From the NCBI GenBank assembly GCA_001782165.1, contig MFNV01000005.1:545-64544 (forward strand): a stretch of DNA of 64,000 nt, read 5' to 3'. Position numbers and translations under genes: made by a program. Positions 20,017-28,935 of this stretch are shown here, piece by piece. The DNA is from Candidatus Levybacteria bacterium RIFCSPHIGHO2_01_FULL_41_15. Lineage in GTDB: Bacteria; Patescibacteriota; Microgenomatia; Levybacterales; UBA12049. Numbering within the stretch: the first letter of the stretch is position 1; each line of letters starts with the position of its first letter. Below the pieces are notes generated by a model. The model saw only the letters and a list, made by a program, of their open reading frames with translations. It was not told the origin of the DNA and ran no database searches.

Positions 20017-20319
20017 ATGGAATATCTTGAGGTTTTGCAAGAAATAAAAAGAGTTCATCAGGAAGTATCCCATTTATATTCACCGCATCAAATTCCCTCT
20101 TATCATCTACCTCAAGGGGCAGGAACTTATATAGATGCTATTGCAAAAGCTAGAGAGAACGCAAGAACACAAGCAGATATAAACAGATACTTGGTAGCTG
20201 AACTATTCTTTAAGGACTTTATTGACCCGAGAGGAGAATACGAAACAACAAAAGCTTTTAATGCACTTGAAAAGAAGCTAAAAGAAGACTCACTATATCG
20301 CGGTTGGGTCATGATTTAG
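20017..20319 (+). CDS. Hypothetical protein
   Basis: ORF only. Start is 19 nt after the upstream gene. Confidence 0.25.
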   Translation: MEYLEVLQEIKRVHQEVSHLYSPHQIPSYHLPQGAGTYIDAIAKARENARTQADINRYLVAELFFKDFIDPRGEYETTKAFNALEKKLKEDSLYRGWVMI

Positions 20320-20361
20320 TTATATTAATCCATTTTTTTAAGAAGAAAGGTCAAGAAGCAA

Positions 20362-20838
20362 CTATTCTAGTAATTCCTTTATGCGTGATTCTGATAGCTT
20401 CCAAAGTTTCTTGTCAACTAAATAACCTTTTTGAAGTTGGCTCATCTGGTAGTCTTTTAAACCAGTAATAAATACATCACGGAACTTTTTATCGGCATAT
20501 CGTTTCGCAGTCGCTTTCATAGCCTCATCATCTTCTTCATATTGCATAAGCATTGCTTCAGTTGACTCTAGTAATTTTACCCTATCTTGCATGCCCAACT
20601 CGTAATAATAAGCTTCCATTTTATTAAGTGCTCCCTGTAATATCTCAATTGGAAAAGGTAGTATTGATTGAGGTATATCGGTGGCAAAGAGCATTCTGAC
20701 ACCTCCCGAGTGTTCCAAAAATATTCCCCAAATGTTCACAATATTTTGTGCTTCCTCAAGAGTTAATTTTTCAGCTATACCTTTTAGACGCAAGCTGTCA
20801 AGTTTTTCTGCTCTTTTCATTAGGTCAGCCATAGTCAA
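20362..20838 (-). CDS. Hypothetical protein
   Basis: ORF only; charged helical composition. Confidence 0.3.
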   Translation of the reverse strand: MTMADLMKRAEKLDSLRLKGIAEKLTLEEAQNIVNIWGIFLEHSGGVRMLFATDIPQSILPFPIEILQGALNKMEAYYYELGMQDRVKLLESTEAMLMQYEEDDEAMKATAKRYADKKFRDVFITGLKDYQMSQLQKGYLVDKKLWKLSESRIKELLE

Positions 20839-20869
20839 CTTTATACTCCAATTGCTTCAGAAAATCAAT

Positions 20870-21358
20870 TTAGGGAGAGGAGGTTTGTGTATTTATGCCT
20901 CCACCATTTGTATATTCGTCTATTTTCAATTCTCTACCATCACCTAACTTAACCGTATTTTCTTTCGGATTAGGAAGGTCATCTTTTATATGAATTCCAA
21001 AAGATACAAAGTTTAAATCTTCTGCCGTGTCCCAAGGGTATATGTGATGATACTTTTTTTCTTCGTAGTCAAATAGAATCAGCTTTCCATTGAACCATAT
21101 TAGCTCGAACGATTTACCAATGTTTTCCACCGGATATTTATCTTTATAAAATTTAAGTTTCCTTTTAATTTTATATTCTTCTCTTTTTTTAGTCGCCCAA
21201 GGTATTAAAGTGGACAATGCTCCAATCCCTACTAAAAAAGTCCCAATACCTATTCCTAATGATTCAATAATTTCATACCAAGTTGATGAACCTTGATTAA
21301 ATTCTGACGCTAATTCCTTAATCAAGATTGCCGATTCAGTGGACAAATCAATAGTCAT
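20870..21358 (-). CDS. Hypothetical membrane-anchored protein
   Basis: ORF with a central TM segment (GIGIGTFLVGIGALSTLIPW). Confidence 0.3.
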   Translation of the reverse strand: MTIDLSTESAILIKELASEFNQGSSTWYEIIESLGIGIGTFLVGIGALSTLIPWATKKREEYKIKRKLKFYKDKYPVENIGKSFELIWFNGKLILFDYEEKKYHHIYPWDTAEDLNFVSFGIHIKDDLPNPKENTVKLGDGRELKIDEYTNGGGINTQTSSP

Positions 21359-21800
21359 ATCTCGCTTAACAAATTGTATATTAAATTATTGGAACGTTCA
21401 ATGTCGCACAATGATTGTAATACGACATAGGTTTGAGGCTAAATCTTCAACAGAAAAATTGTCTTGAGGCTAAGTGTTCTACTATAAGCTTGGATATCTT
21501 CCGGATAACTTATCCCCTACCCTACAAAAGGAATTTCAAAATTTACAATGGTGGGGACTAGCACTTCTAATTGCGTAAAACACACAGGAGGTATGAGTTA
21601 TTGCCCACATATACTTTGGTGAATATATTACTGAAACACAACTGCAATGTTAGTCCAATGTAAGTGCAATAAGTAAAACGCAACTTAAATATAAGTTAAA
21701 CACAGCTATAGCATAACTATAATATGACTATAGTATGACTATAATATGAATTTTTTAATAAAAGGGGGTATTCCTTATACATATTAAATTAAAATTTCAA

Positions 21801-22382
21801 TTAAAGTGCGTGTTCTTTATCTAGGAGAAATTCCTTATAAACTTCATTGAGGTCTTTCACTTTATCCGGATCAAAGTATTCTTTTGAGTTAAAACCTATT
21901 AAGCAAGTATCACCATCAGGATTCTTCCCCACCCAAGCATAAAAGATTCTGTCCGGCTTATCCTGAAATATAATTTGAATATCTTTTCCGTTCTCTTGAT
22001 TGTCACCAATGGTGGCAACTATAAATTTACTCTTGTAATATTCCTTATCAAAGGCGTCGAGGCCGGTAATAATACCCTCTCTGTGATCCTCTTTGACAGC
22101 TCCTTGCAAGATACAAACTTGTGAACCATCACCAGCTAGATAAGCACTAAGGGCTTTGCGAAGAAAAAGAACATAAGGATTTTTATAGACAGCATAGTAT
22201 TCTTCAATTTCTTTCGGAGTAGATTCAGTTGTCCTATTAAGTTCAGTTGATGTTTGGGGTTGAGGACGACCAAGAAAATAAACAGAAATTAAAAATATGA
22301 TAGCTACAAGAATAAATCCTACCTTTATTCGATGATCCAATAACCTTTTAACGATTCCTTGTATTTTCATCAATATATTCAA
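21801..22382 (-). CDS. Hypothetical signal-anchored protein
   Basis: N-terminal TM (VGFILVAIIFLISVYFLG) followed by a soluble domain. Confidence 0.3.
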   Translation of the reverse strand: MNILMKIQGIVKRLLDHRIKVGFILVAIIFLISVYFLGRPQPQTSTELNRTTESTPKEIEEYYAVYKNPYVLFLRKALSAYLAGDGSQVCILQGAVKEDHREGIITGLDAFDKEYYKSKFIVATIGDNQENGKDIQIIFQDKPDRIFYAWVGKNPDGDTCLIGFNSKEYFDPDKVKDLNEVYKEFLLDKEHAL

Positions 22383-22635
22383 GTAGCTGGGACTGTTTGT
22401 CTATTTTTTCTTCAAGATCAATAATCATTGACTTCAATATCCCAACCTCTAAATCATACTGCAATGGGCCAAATCTTTTGAAATTATTATCTCCTGCTGT
22501 TTCGATTTTATTTTCAATAGTCTTTAGTGAAATCGCAATATAGATAAGAAGAAGAATTACTAAGCCCCATTTTGCAAAATTAACTAATTTTGTTAATTTA
22601 TCCTTTTTCATTTTTTGTGCCTGATACAGCCTCAA
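22348..22635 (-). CDS. Hypothetical small membrane-anchored coiled-coil protein
   Basis: ORF overlapping the downstream gene by 35 nt. Divergent from the XRE gene. Confidence 0.25.
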   Translation of the reverse strand: MRLYQAQKMKKDKLTKLVNFAKWGLVILLLIYIAISLKTIENKIETAGDNNFKRFGPLQYDLEVGILKSMIIDLEEKIDKQSQLLEYIDENTRNR

Positions 22636-22704
22636 AATTTGGCATTCTCGCTACATACAGAGTATGGCACGGAAGCCATACTCAAATCAAGAGGTGAAAA
22701 GAAA

Positions 22705-22914
22705 ATGTCAAATATAACAGGACGGTTTGGAAATCAGGTTAGAAAACTAAGAGAAAAAAAGAAAATGTCTCAACTTGATCTGGCACAACGGGCTAAACTT
22801 GACTTGACTACTGTGAATGAAATAGAAAATGGAAATCGCAGTCCAATGCTTAAAACAATTTGGAGAATAGCCAATGCCCTAGAAGTAAAACTTTCGGAGC
22901 TTTTTAATTTTTAA
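22705..22914 (+). CDS. XRE family helix-turn-helix transcriptional regulator (Cro/CI-like)
   Basis: MSQLDLAQRAKLDLTTVNEIENGNRSP is a canonical HTH_XRE. The SD GAGGTG lies 8 nt upstream of the ATG at 22705. Confidence 0.75.
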   Translation: MSNITGRFGNQVRKLREKKKMSQLDLAQRAKLDLTTVNEIENGNRSPMLKTIWRIANALEVKLSELFNF

Positions 22915-23156
22915 ACCTTCTCACAATTCTCAATCTCCTATAAATTTTTGTGTCAAATAAGGTCAAGTATGGTATTTTATGGAATAATATTGAAAAAAAA
23001 CTTGACAACAAGATTTTAAGGTTTTATATACTTTAATAAAGGCATTTTTATTTTTAAGTTGCCGAGCGACTTGAAAATAGAGATGTCTTTTTTTATTGGT
23101 TTTCGGGTGGATATAAAAGCCCCTGTTGGGATTCCACCCGAGACGGGGGTTTTTAT

Positions 23157-23516
23157 ATGGAACATATTAAGAATACTTTAAAAACAAGAGTTCCTATTAA
23201 CGATAATAACGATAATATAAAAATCGTAGATAACGATACTAACGATAGTCCTTCTAAGGAATACGCTTTAAACAGAAGTAAATTTACACCTAACACCGAA
23301 GAAACTCAATTAGCAGAGAAGATTGCTTTATCGTTTAACGATCTCGAGAACTACGCATTTTATCGGAAAGTGGTAAATAAGTTAGGTATTCAAGGTGCTT
23401 ATTCATTTTGGAAATCTCATAAAGAAGAGGAGGAAGAGAAGAAAGGGGGAAGGTATGAGTTTAGAAATTCTAAGCAATACTTTGCGTGGAAATTTAAGAA
23501 AGGAATTTATTATTAA
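23157..23516 (+). CDS. Hypothetical protein (mobile-element associated)
   Basis: ORF preceded by an inverted-repeat hairpin. No recognised family. Confidence 0.3.
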   Translation: MEHIKNTLKTRVPINDNNDNIKIVDNDTNDSPSKEYALNRSKFTPNTEETQLAEKIALSFNDLENYAFYRKVVNKLGIQGAYSFWKSHKEEEEEKKGGRYEFRNSKQYFAWKFKKGIYY

Positions 23517-23688
23517 GATGAAAAATCGACAAATCGACACAAAATTAACAAAACAGGTAAGGATTGATACCGGACTGCACCAACTGCTCAAAATTAAATC
23601 CGCAAAAGCAGGAGTGCCCATTAAAACGCTTCTAGAGGGATATATCGCAGAGGGTTTAAAAGACGAAACTGCCCAAAATAGTTCTTGA
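23455..23688 (+). CDS. Small DNA-binding protein, ribbon-helix-helix-like (putative)
   Basis: KQVRIDTGLHQLLKIKSAKAGVPIKTLLEGYIAEGL resembles RHH/Arc-type folds. It overlaps the 3' end of the preceding ORF in another frame. Confidence 0.3.
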   Translation: MSLEILSNTLRGNLRKEFIIKMKNRQIDTKLTKQVRIDTGLHQLLKIKSAKAGVPIKTLLEGYIAEGLKDETAQNSS

Positions 23689-23771
23689 TTTTTATGTATC
23701 CGGCATTTAATATAAATAACAGTTCTTCGCATCACCCCCTTCAAACCATCCCCAGTCCCCTACGGGGGACT

Positions 23772-24782
23772 ATGATAGACGAAAAAGATTTTGTCAGTTT
23801 TGTTTCAATAAAAGAAGGACTAGACGATAATAGTGTTGATAACTGCCGTAAAACAATTAGGCTCATAAATCTTTGGTTTGGTGAGAAAAAACTAACAAAA
23901 GAAAATGTTGAGGTATATTTTGGCTACCTGAAAAATGAAAAGAAACTGAAGCCTAATACTCTTAATGCTTACCTATTCGTTTTCCGGCATCTTGTTGCAT
24001 ATTGTAATGACAGAGGATTACCTTATGATTTCCTGCAAGGATTTAAGGCATTTAAGAAAACAAAATCGGATATCATAGTTCTTACAATAAATGAGATTGA
24101 AGCAATACTGGAGACGAAGATAGAATATGGCAAATTTTACGGAAAAGATTGCTCTTTTTTGGATTTCAGAGATAAAACACTAATAAGTTTTTTAGCTTTT
24201 ACCGGTTGCAGATTTTCTGAAGCAAGAGATTTAAAAATAAAACACCTAGATTTATCTGCAGGCAGAGCAATATTGGTAGATACAAAAACTAACGAAAACC
24301 GCAGCGTTTTCTTCGCAGAAGATTTAGCGAATAATTTAAGGGAATTAGTTGGAGAAAGAAATTCTGAAGATTTAGTGTTCATAAACTCATTGGGGAAAAG
24401 AGTATATGAAAGTGATTTTGCATTCCAACTTAAAAAAAGAGCAATTCAAGCAGGAATTACAAAAAGAGTATATCCCCACCTTTTCCGTCATAGCTTTGCC
24501 ACACAACTGTTGATGTCTGGAGTTGATGTTGCAGTAGTATCTAAAATACTTGGACATAAAGATGTTAGAACCACCGTAGATAATTATTTACATCTCGCTG
24601 ACACAACATTAAAAGAAGCAACATTTATGCACCCCCTTATAAGAAAAAATGTTGATCCTAGTTTAATTTTCAGAATGGTTCGCAATGCTTATGAGAGTTT
24701 TCATTTTGAAACAGATAAAAGATTTAAACATAAAATCGCTCAGGACGAAAAGAGTTTCAAATTTGAACTTAAGTTAGCTTGA
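23772..24782 (+). CDS. Tyrosine site-specific recombinase / phage-type integrase
   Basis: Catalytic residues are R (TGCRFSEARDL), HLFRHSFAT (H-x-x-R) and LGHKDVRTTVDNYLHL (the Tyr nucleophile). There is an N-terminal SAM-like core-binding domain. Confidence 0.85.
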   Translation: MIDEKDFVSFVSIKEGLDDNSVDNCRKTIRLINLWFGEKKLTKENVEVYFGYLKNEKKLKPNTLNAYLFVFRHLVAYCNDRGLPYDFLQGFKAFKKTKSDIIVLTINEIEAILETKIEYGKFYGKDCSFLDFRDKTLISFLAFTGCRFSEARDLKIKHLDLSAGRAILVDTKTNENRSVFFAEDLANNLRELVGERNSEDLVFINSLGKRVYESDFAFQLKKRAIQAGITKRVYPHLFRHSFATQLLMSGVDVAVVSKILGHKDVRTTVDNYLHLADTTLKEATFMHPLIRKNVDPSLIFRMVRNAYESFHFETDKRFKHKIAQDEKSFKFELKLA

Positions 24783-24932
24783 TGACTTCATTCGCAGGGA
24801 TTAAGAAATCCTAATCCCCACTTTCAAACCACCAGCCAGTCCCTGTTAGTTCTTCGCAGTTTCTGCTATGATTCAGAGGTAACAAAAAAGCACCTCTCGG
24901 TGCTTATAGCAGGTTATTTAAGCTCACCCCCT

Positions 24933-26051
24933 CTAGTTTTTCTGCCTCAAAAATGCGGGGATTTCGAAGACGTCTTCCTCATCTCCTGCGGGAGTCTCAG
25001 AAGATGCTTCCTCTTGTTGAACCTGAACCTCCTGCATTTTTTTCTCGGGAACCACAAATTCAGAAAGTCTTTGTCTTGTTGAATCAAACCCTGTTGCGAT
25101 AACAGTAATTTTGATTGTATCATGCATGGTTTCATCAATTGTTGCTCCAAATATTATATTTGCGTCAGAGTCTGCGGCAGATGCAATAATCTTTGCCGCT
25201 TCATCAACTTCACTCATCGTTATATCTGGCCCTCCTGTTATGTTAAACAAAACTCCGCGTGCTCCATCCATTGAGATCTCAAGAAGAGGAGATGCAATAG
25301 CTGACCTTGCAGCCGCTTGGGCTCTGTTCTCGCCTACCCCGGTTCCAATACCCATAAGAGCTGATCCTGCCGAGGACATAATAGTTCTTACATCTGCAAA
25401 ATCTACATTTATAAGCCCCGGCATGGTTATAAGATCTGAGATTCCCTGTACTCCCTGGGTCAAAACCGAATCCGCCACCTTAAATGCCTCAAGAAGAGAA
25501 AGTTTTTTATCAACAACATCCAAGATCCTCTGATTAGGAATAATAATAAGGGTATCTACCTTGTCTTTAAGATTTTCTATCCCGTCCTCAGCAGTTACCA
25601 TTCGTCTTGTACCTTCAAAAGCAAATGGCTTAGTAACTACCGCAATAGTTAAAGCACCTACCTCTTTTGCAATTTCAGCAATAATAGGAGATCCTCCGGT
25701 ACCTGTTCCCCCACCCATCCCGGCTGCCAAAAAAACCATATCAGACCCCTCAAGCATATTTTTTATCTTTTCCCGGGACTCTTCTGCTGCCTGTCTCCCA
25801 AGTTCAGGATCTCCTCCAGAACCAAGTCCCTTAGTAAGATTATCCCCTATCTGGACTTTTGTAGTCGCTGCTGATAGAAGAAGAGCTTGTGCATCAGTAT
25901 TTATTGAAACGAAATCAACTCCCTGAATTTGTCCTTGAGTAATCATTGAAGTAAGGGCATTTCCGCCGCCGCCACCGATTCCCAAAACTCTTATCTTGGC
26001 GAAGTTTGCAGTCTGGGGCTTAATAAGCATAAACAAATTCCATGCTATCAA
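24933..26051 (-). CDS. ftsZ: Cell division GTPase FtsZ
   Basis: GIGGGGGNA is the tubulin signature. NTDAQAL and the T7 loop are present. C-terminal peptide: DVFEIPAFLRQ. The true start is possibly the ATG at 26030. Confidence 0.95.
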   Translation of the reverse strand: MIAWNLFMLIKPQTANFAKIRVLGIGGGGGNALTSMITQGQIQGVDFVSINTDAQALLLSAATTKVQIGDNLTKGLGSGGDPELGRQAAEESREKIKNMLEGSDMVFLAAGMGGGTGTGGSPIIAEIAKEVGALTIAVVTKPFAFEGTRRMVTAEDGIENLKDKVDTLIIIPNQRILDVVDKKLSLLEAFKVADSVLTQGVQGISDLITMPGLINVDFADVRTIMSSAGSALMGIGTGVGENRAQAAARSAIASPLLEISMDGARGVLFNITGGPDITMSEVDEAAKIIASAADSDANIIFGATIDETMHDTIKITVIATGFDSTRQRLSEFVVPEKKMQEVQVQQEEASSETPAGDEEDVFEIPAFLRQKN

Positions 26052-26146
26052 ATAAAAAAATATTTTGCAAGCCCCGCAAGAATCGCCCCGTGAGGCGTGT
26101 ACGAATAGTACTGAAAAGCCGAACGGAAAGATTTGCGGGGCAAGCC

Positions 26147-27427
26147 CTAGGGCATAAAGGATTTTATAAAATCAATGACCTTTGAAATCATTTTATTAAA
26201 ACGCAGATTTGGTATCTGAGGAACGGATATGCCAAAAGGAAGACCCTGTCTGGGCTCAATTGTCCCTACATATTTGACAAGTCCGACAGCTGTTGCAAAT
26301 GAGGGATCCTCAACTTCATCTATTATTCCTTTAAGATCCGCAGGATAACCTGCTCTTACAGGCATTGCTAAAGTTCTTTTGGCACTCTCAACTACACCAA
26401 TTGTCTTTGCTCCCCCTCCTGTTATCACTATTCCTGAGGGGGTTTGTCCGCCGAAACCGCTTTTTTTGATTTCAAGACCTACGAATGTAAATATTTCATT
26501 AAGCCTTGGTCTTATAATCCCATCGATCAGCGTTTTTTTTGACACTTTGCTTACCTCCTCAGCCAAATGCAGGACAGACAAATCAATTTCATCTCCTCGG
26601 GGTTTTGTTTCGCCTTCTTCACTTTCTTCTCCTGAAGGTTTCTTTGGACTTGAAAGAAAAACTTTTATCTTCTCAGCACTCTCAAGTGAAATTCTAAGTC
26701 CTATGGCAAGATCATTAGTTATGTGTCTTGCTCCGATTCCTATTACGCAAGAGTAGGCAACAGAACCATCGGTATAGATTGAAATATCAGTAGTTCCTGC
26801 CCCGATATCAACAAGAATCACCCCAAGTTCCCTCTCGGTATCTGATAAAACAGAAAGACTACTTGCATACCCGTTGTAAACAATCTCATCTACATCAACG
26901 CCAACTTCAGAGAGAGTTTTCTCAAGGTTTCTTATAGCAATTGTATTGGCAGATATGATGTGTGTGTCAACTTCAAGTCTTATTCCGCTCATGCCTACAG
27001 GATCCTTAATGCCCTCCTGTCCGTCAACTGCATAGGTTCTCGGGAGAACATGAATTATCTCCCGGGATGAGGGAAGAGAAACAGCTTTTGCAGCATCTAT
27101 TACCCGCAGAACATCGTTTTCTGCAATTTCCCCCTGCGGGTTCGACACCGCAACGACTCCTTTTGAGTTTAGCGATTCTATATGGCTTCCTCCAATTGAT
27201 GCAATTGCATGAGAGGCAGAATAGCCTGCCATTCGTTCTGCTGCCTCCAAGGATGTATTTATGGAATTTACCGCCTCATCTATATCAACTATCTGGCCTT
27301 TTTTTATTCCCGCAGATTTTATCTCGGAAATCCCAAGTACATTTACCGAATCATCAACTTTTGCAATTATTGTGGCGATTTTGGATGTTCCTATATCGAT
27401 CCCTACGACTATTTTCCCCTCATTCAT
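26147..27427 (-). CDS. ftsA: Cell division protein FtsA (actin-like ATPase)
   Basis: VGIDIGTSKI and DIGAGTTD are phosphate-binding motifs. Gene order is ftsA-ftsZ. Confidence 0.9.
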   Translation of the reverse strand: MNEGKIVVGIDIGTSKIATIIAKVDDSVNVLGISEIKSAGIKKGQIVDIDEAVNSINTSLEAAERMAGYSASHAIASIGGSHIESLNSKGVVAVSNPQGEIAENDVLRVIDAAKAVSLPSSREIIHVLPRTYAVDGQEGIKDPVGMSGIRLEVDTHIISANTIAIRNLEKTLSEVGVDVDEIVYNGYASSLSVLSDTERELGVILVDIGAGTTDISIYTDGSVAYSCVIGIGARHITNDLAIGLRISLESAEKIKVFLSSPKKPSGEESEEGETKPRGDEIDLSVLHLAEEVSKVSKKTLIDGIIRPRLNEIFTFVGLEIKKSGFGGQTPSGIVITGGGAKTIGVVESAKRTLAMPVRAGYPADLKGIIDEVEDPSFATAVGLVKYVGTIEPRQGLPFGISVPQIPNLRFNKMISKVIDFIKSFMP

Positions 27428-27436
27428 AAAACTAAA

Positions 27437-27841
27437 TTAAAGCCTCAAGATAGGCCTATCAAATCTGAAATCAACTGTTTTTATTCTTTTCCCCTCTATT
27501 GTAAGCCGATTAAGCATTAATTGTAAAGAGTTTATTTGTTCTTGAATATCTTTTTTTTTGGATATTATAGCTTGTCCTCCATCTCTCAGATCCACCAAGT
27601 ATGAAGAATCCGAAGCCACCGAAACAGAAGAATAAGGAATATTCTCTTTTCTTAAGATTTCCTCAATTGATTTATTCCCTGAGATTTGATCTTTTGCAAG
27701 AGGGCTTATCAAATCCTTTGAAAAAAATGGAAAGCGGTAAAGATTCATGATTAAAAGACCAAAAAATAAAGCCGCAAATAAATAAAATACCAGTATCTTA
27801 AGAAAAATTTTTCCTTTTCTCTTTATTTTTTTTCTATGCAT
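27437..27841 (-). CDS. ftsQ: Short FtsQ/DivIB-like cell division protein
   Basis: N-terminal TM plus a small extracytoplasmic domain. Its position between murG and ftsA is conserved. Confidence 0.5.
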   Translation of the reverse strand: MHRKKIKRKGKIFLKILVFYLFAALFFGLLIMNLYRFPFFSKDLISPLAKDQISGNKSIEEILRKENIPYSSVSVASDSSYLVDLRDGGQAIISKKKDIQEQINSLQLMLNRLTIEGKRIKTVDFRFDRPILRL

Positions 27842-28935
27842 TTCTCGATTATTTTTACAATTTTTTGCGCAGCATGCTCGTCTATAAAACCTCTTGTATT
27901 AGCATTCTTATGTTGATCTATATTCTTAAACATTTCGGTTACTTTTTCAAAAAGAAGTTTTGGAGTAGCTTTTTTTTGCTCAATTATCTCAGAAAGTCCT
28001 ATATCTTTAAGAAACTTGGCATTTTCCATTTGTTCGTTTATTTGGGAAAAGGGAATAGGTATCAGAATGGAAGGTTTTTTAAACAAAATAAGCTCAGAAA
28101 CTGTATTTATTCCGGATCGGGAGATTACTAAATCAGAGTCGAAGAGGTAATCCCCCATCTCCTGAGGGTCTATAAATTTTTTGATAAAATAGTCCTTCCT
28201 AAAACTTTTGGGAAGTTTCGATACAATGGTCTTGAGATTTGCATAATCTCTAAATTCCTCAGAATCTCCTGTTTGATGAATAATTAAGAATTTTTCAAGT
28301 AGTTTTTCCAACGAATCTTCTATAAGTTTGTTTATAAAATGAGACCCTGAGCTTCCGCCTGTTATAAAAATCAAGGGTTTTGTGTTTCCATTTTTCACTT
28401 TTCGTTTTTGACTTTCCGCTTTACTTACGAGCTCCTTTCGAAGAGGAATTCCGGTAAGAATAGTTTTTTGTTTTGGAAAAAAATCAAAAGAGCTCCTCCA
28501 GGATATACAAATCTTTTTGGCAAAAAAAGCGCAAAGTTTATTGGAAAGACCTATTTTTCTAGTCTGTTCATGTAATACAACGGGAATTTTAAGAAAAAAT
28601 GCTGCAAAAACGACTGGTATCTGAACATAACCACCAAAACCCAAAACTGCATCTGGTTTGTGTTCTTTCAAAATTGAATAAGCCTTAAAAAAAGCACCGG
28701 GAAGTTTAAGGAGTGAGGGAATCGTATTTTTTGTAAACTTTCTTTGGAGCCTTCCTGTTAAAATTTCTTCAAAAAGAATTCCAAGGTTTTTTATGGTTTT
28801 ATATTCTGGGGATAAAGTCTTATCTTTTTCAAAAACATATTTTCGGCCGATAAAAATAATTTCCCAGTTCTTGGGAGCTTGTCCAATCAGAGAAAGAGCT
28901 GGAGAAAGGTGTCCTCCTATAAAAGCTATCTTCAT
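27823..28935 (-). CDS. murG: UDP-GlcNAc:undecaprenyl-PP-MurNAc-pentapeptide GlcNAc transferase MurG
   Basis: MKIAFIGGHLSPALSLI and ITGGSSGS are the GT28 signatures. Confidence 0.85.
   Translation of the reverse strand: MKIAFIGGHLSPALSLIGQAPKNWEIIFIGRKYVFEKDKTLSPEYKTIKNLGILFEEILTGRLQRKFTKNTIPSLLKLPGAFFKAYSILKEHKPDAVLGFGGYVQIPVVFAAFFLKIPVVLHEQTRKIGLSNKLCAFFAKKICISWRSSFDFFPKQKTILTGIPLRKELVSKAESQKRKVKNGNTKPLIFITGGSSGSHFINKLIEDSLEKLLEKFLIIHQTGDSEEFRDYANLKTIVSKLPKSFRKDYFIKKFIDPQEMGDYLFDSDLVISRSGINTVSELILFKKPSILIPIPFSQINEQMENAKFLKDIGLSEIIEQKKATPKLLFEKVTEMFKNIDQHKNANTRGFIDEHAAQKIVKIIEKCIEKK

Noticed and set aside
21700-21760. AT-rich iterated motif (ataatatgactatagtatgactataatatga) in the 440-bp intergenic region of the integrase element, considered as iterons or an origin
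   Set aside because: There are only 2-3 imperfect copies in extremely AT-rich DNA. It is plausible as a promoter/UP element or a chance occurrence, and there is not enough evidence to call a replication origin.
24933-26051. TTG start at 26051 for ftsZ versus an internal ATG at 26030
   Set aside because: I could not decide from the sequence alone. The ATG at 26030 gives the conserved distance to the GIGGGG motif, but the track ORF boundary was kept for the feature.
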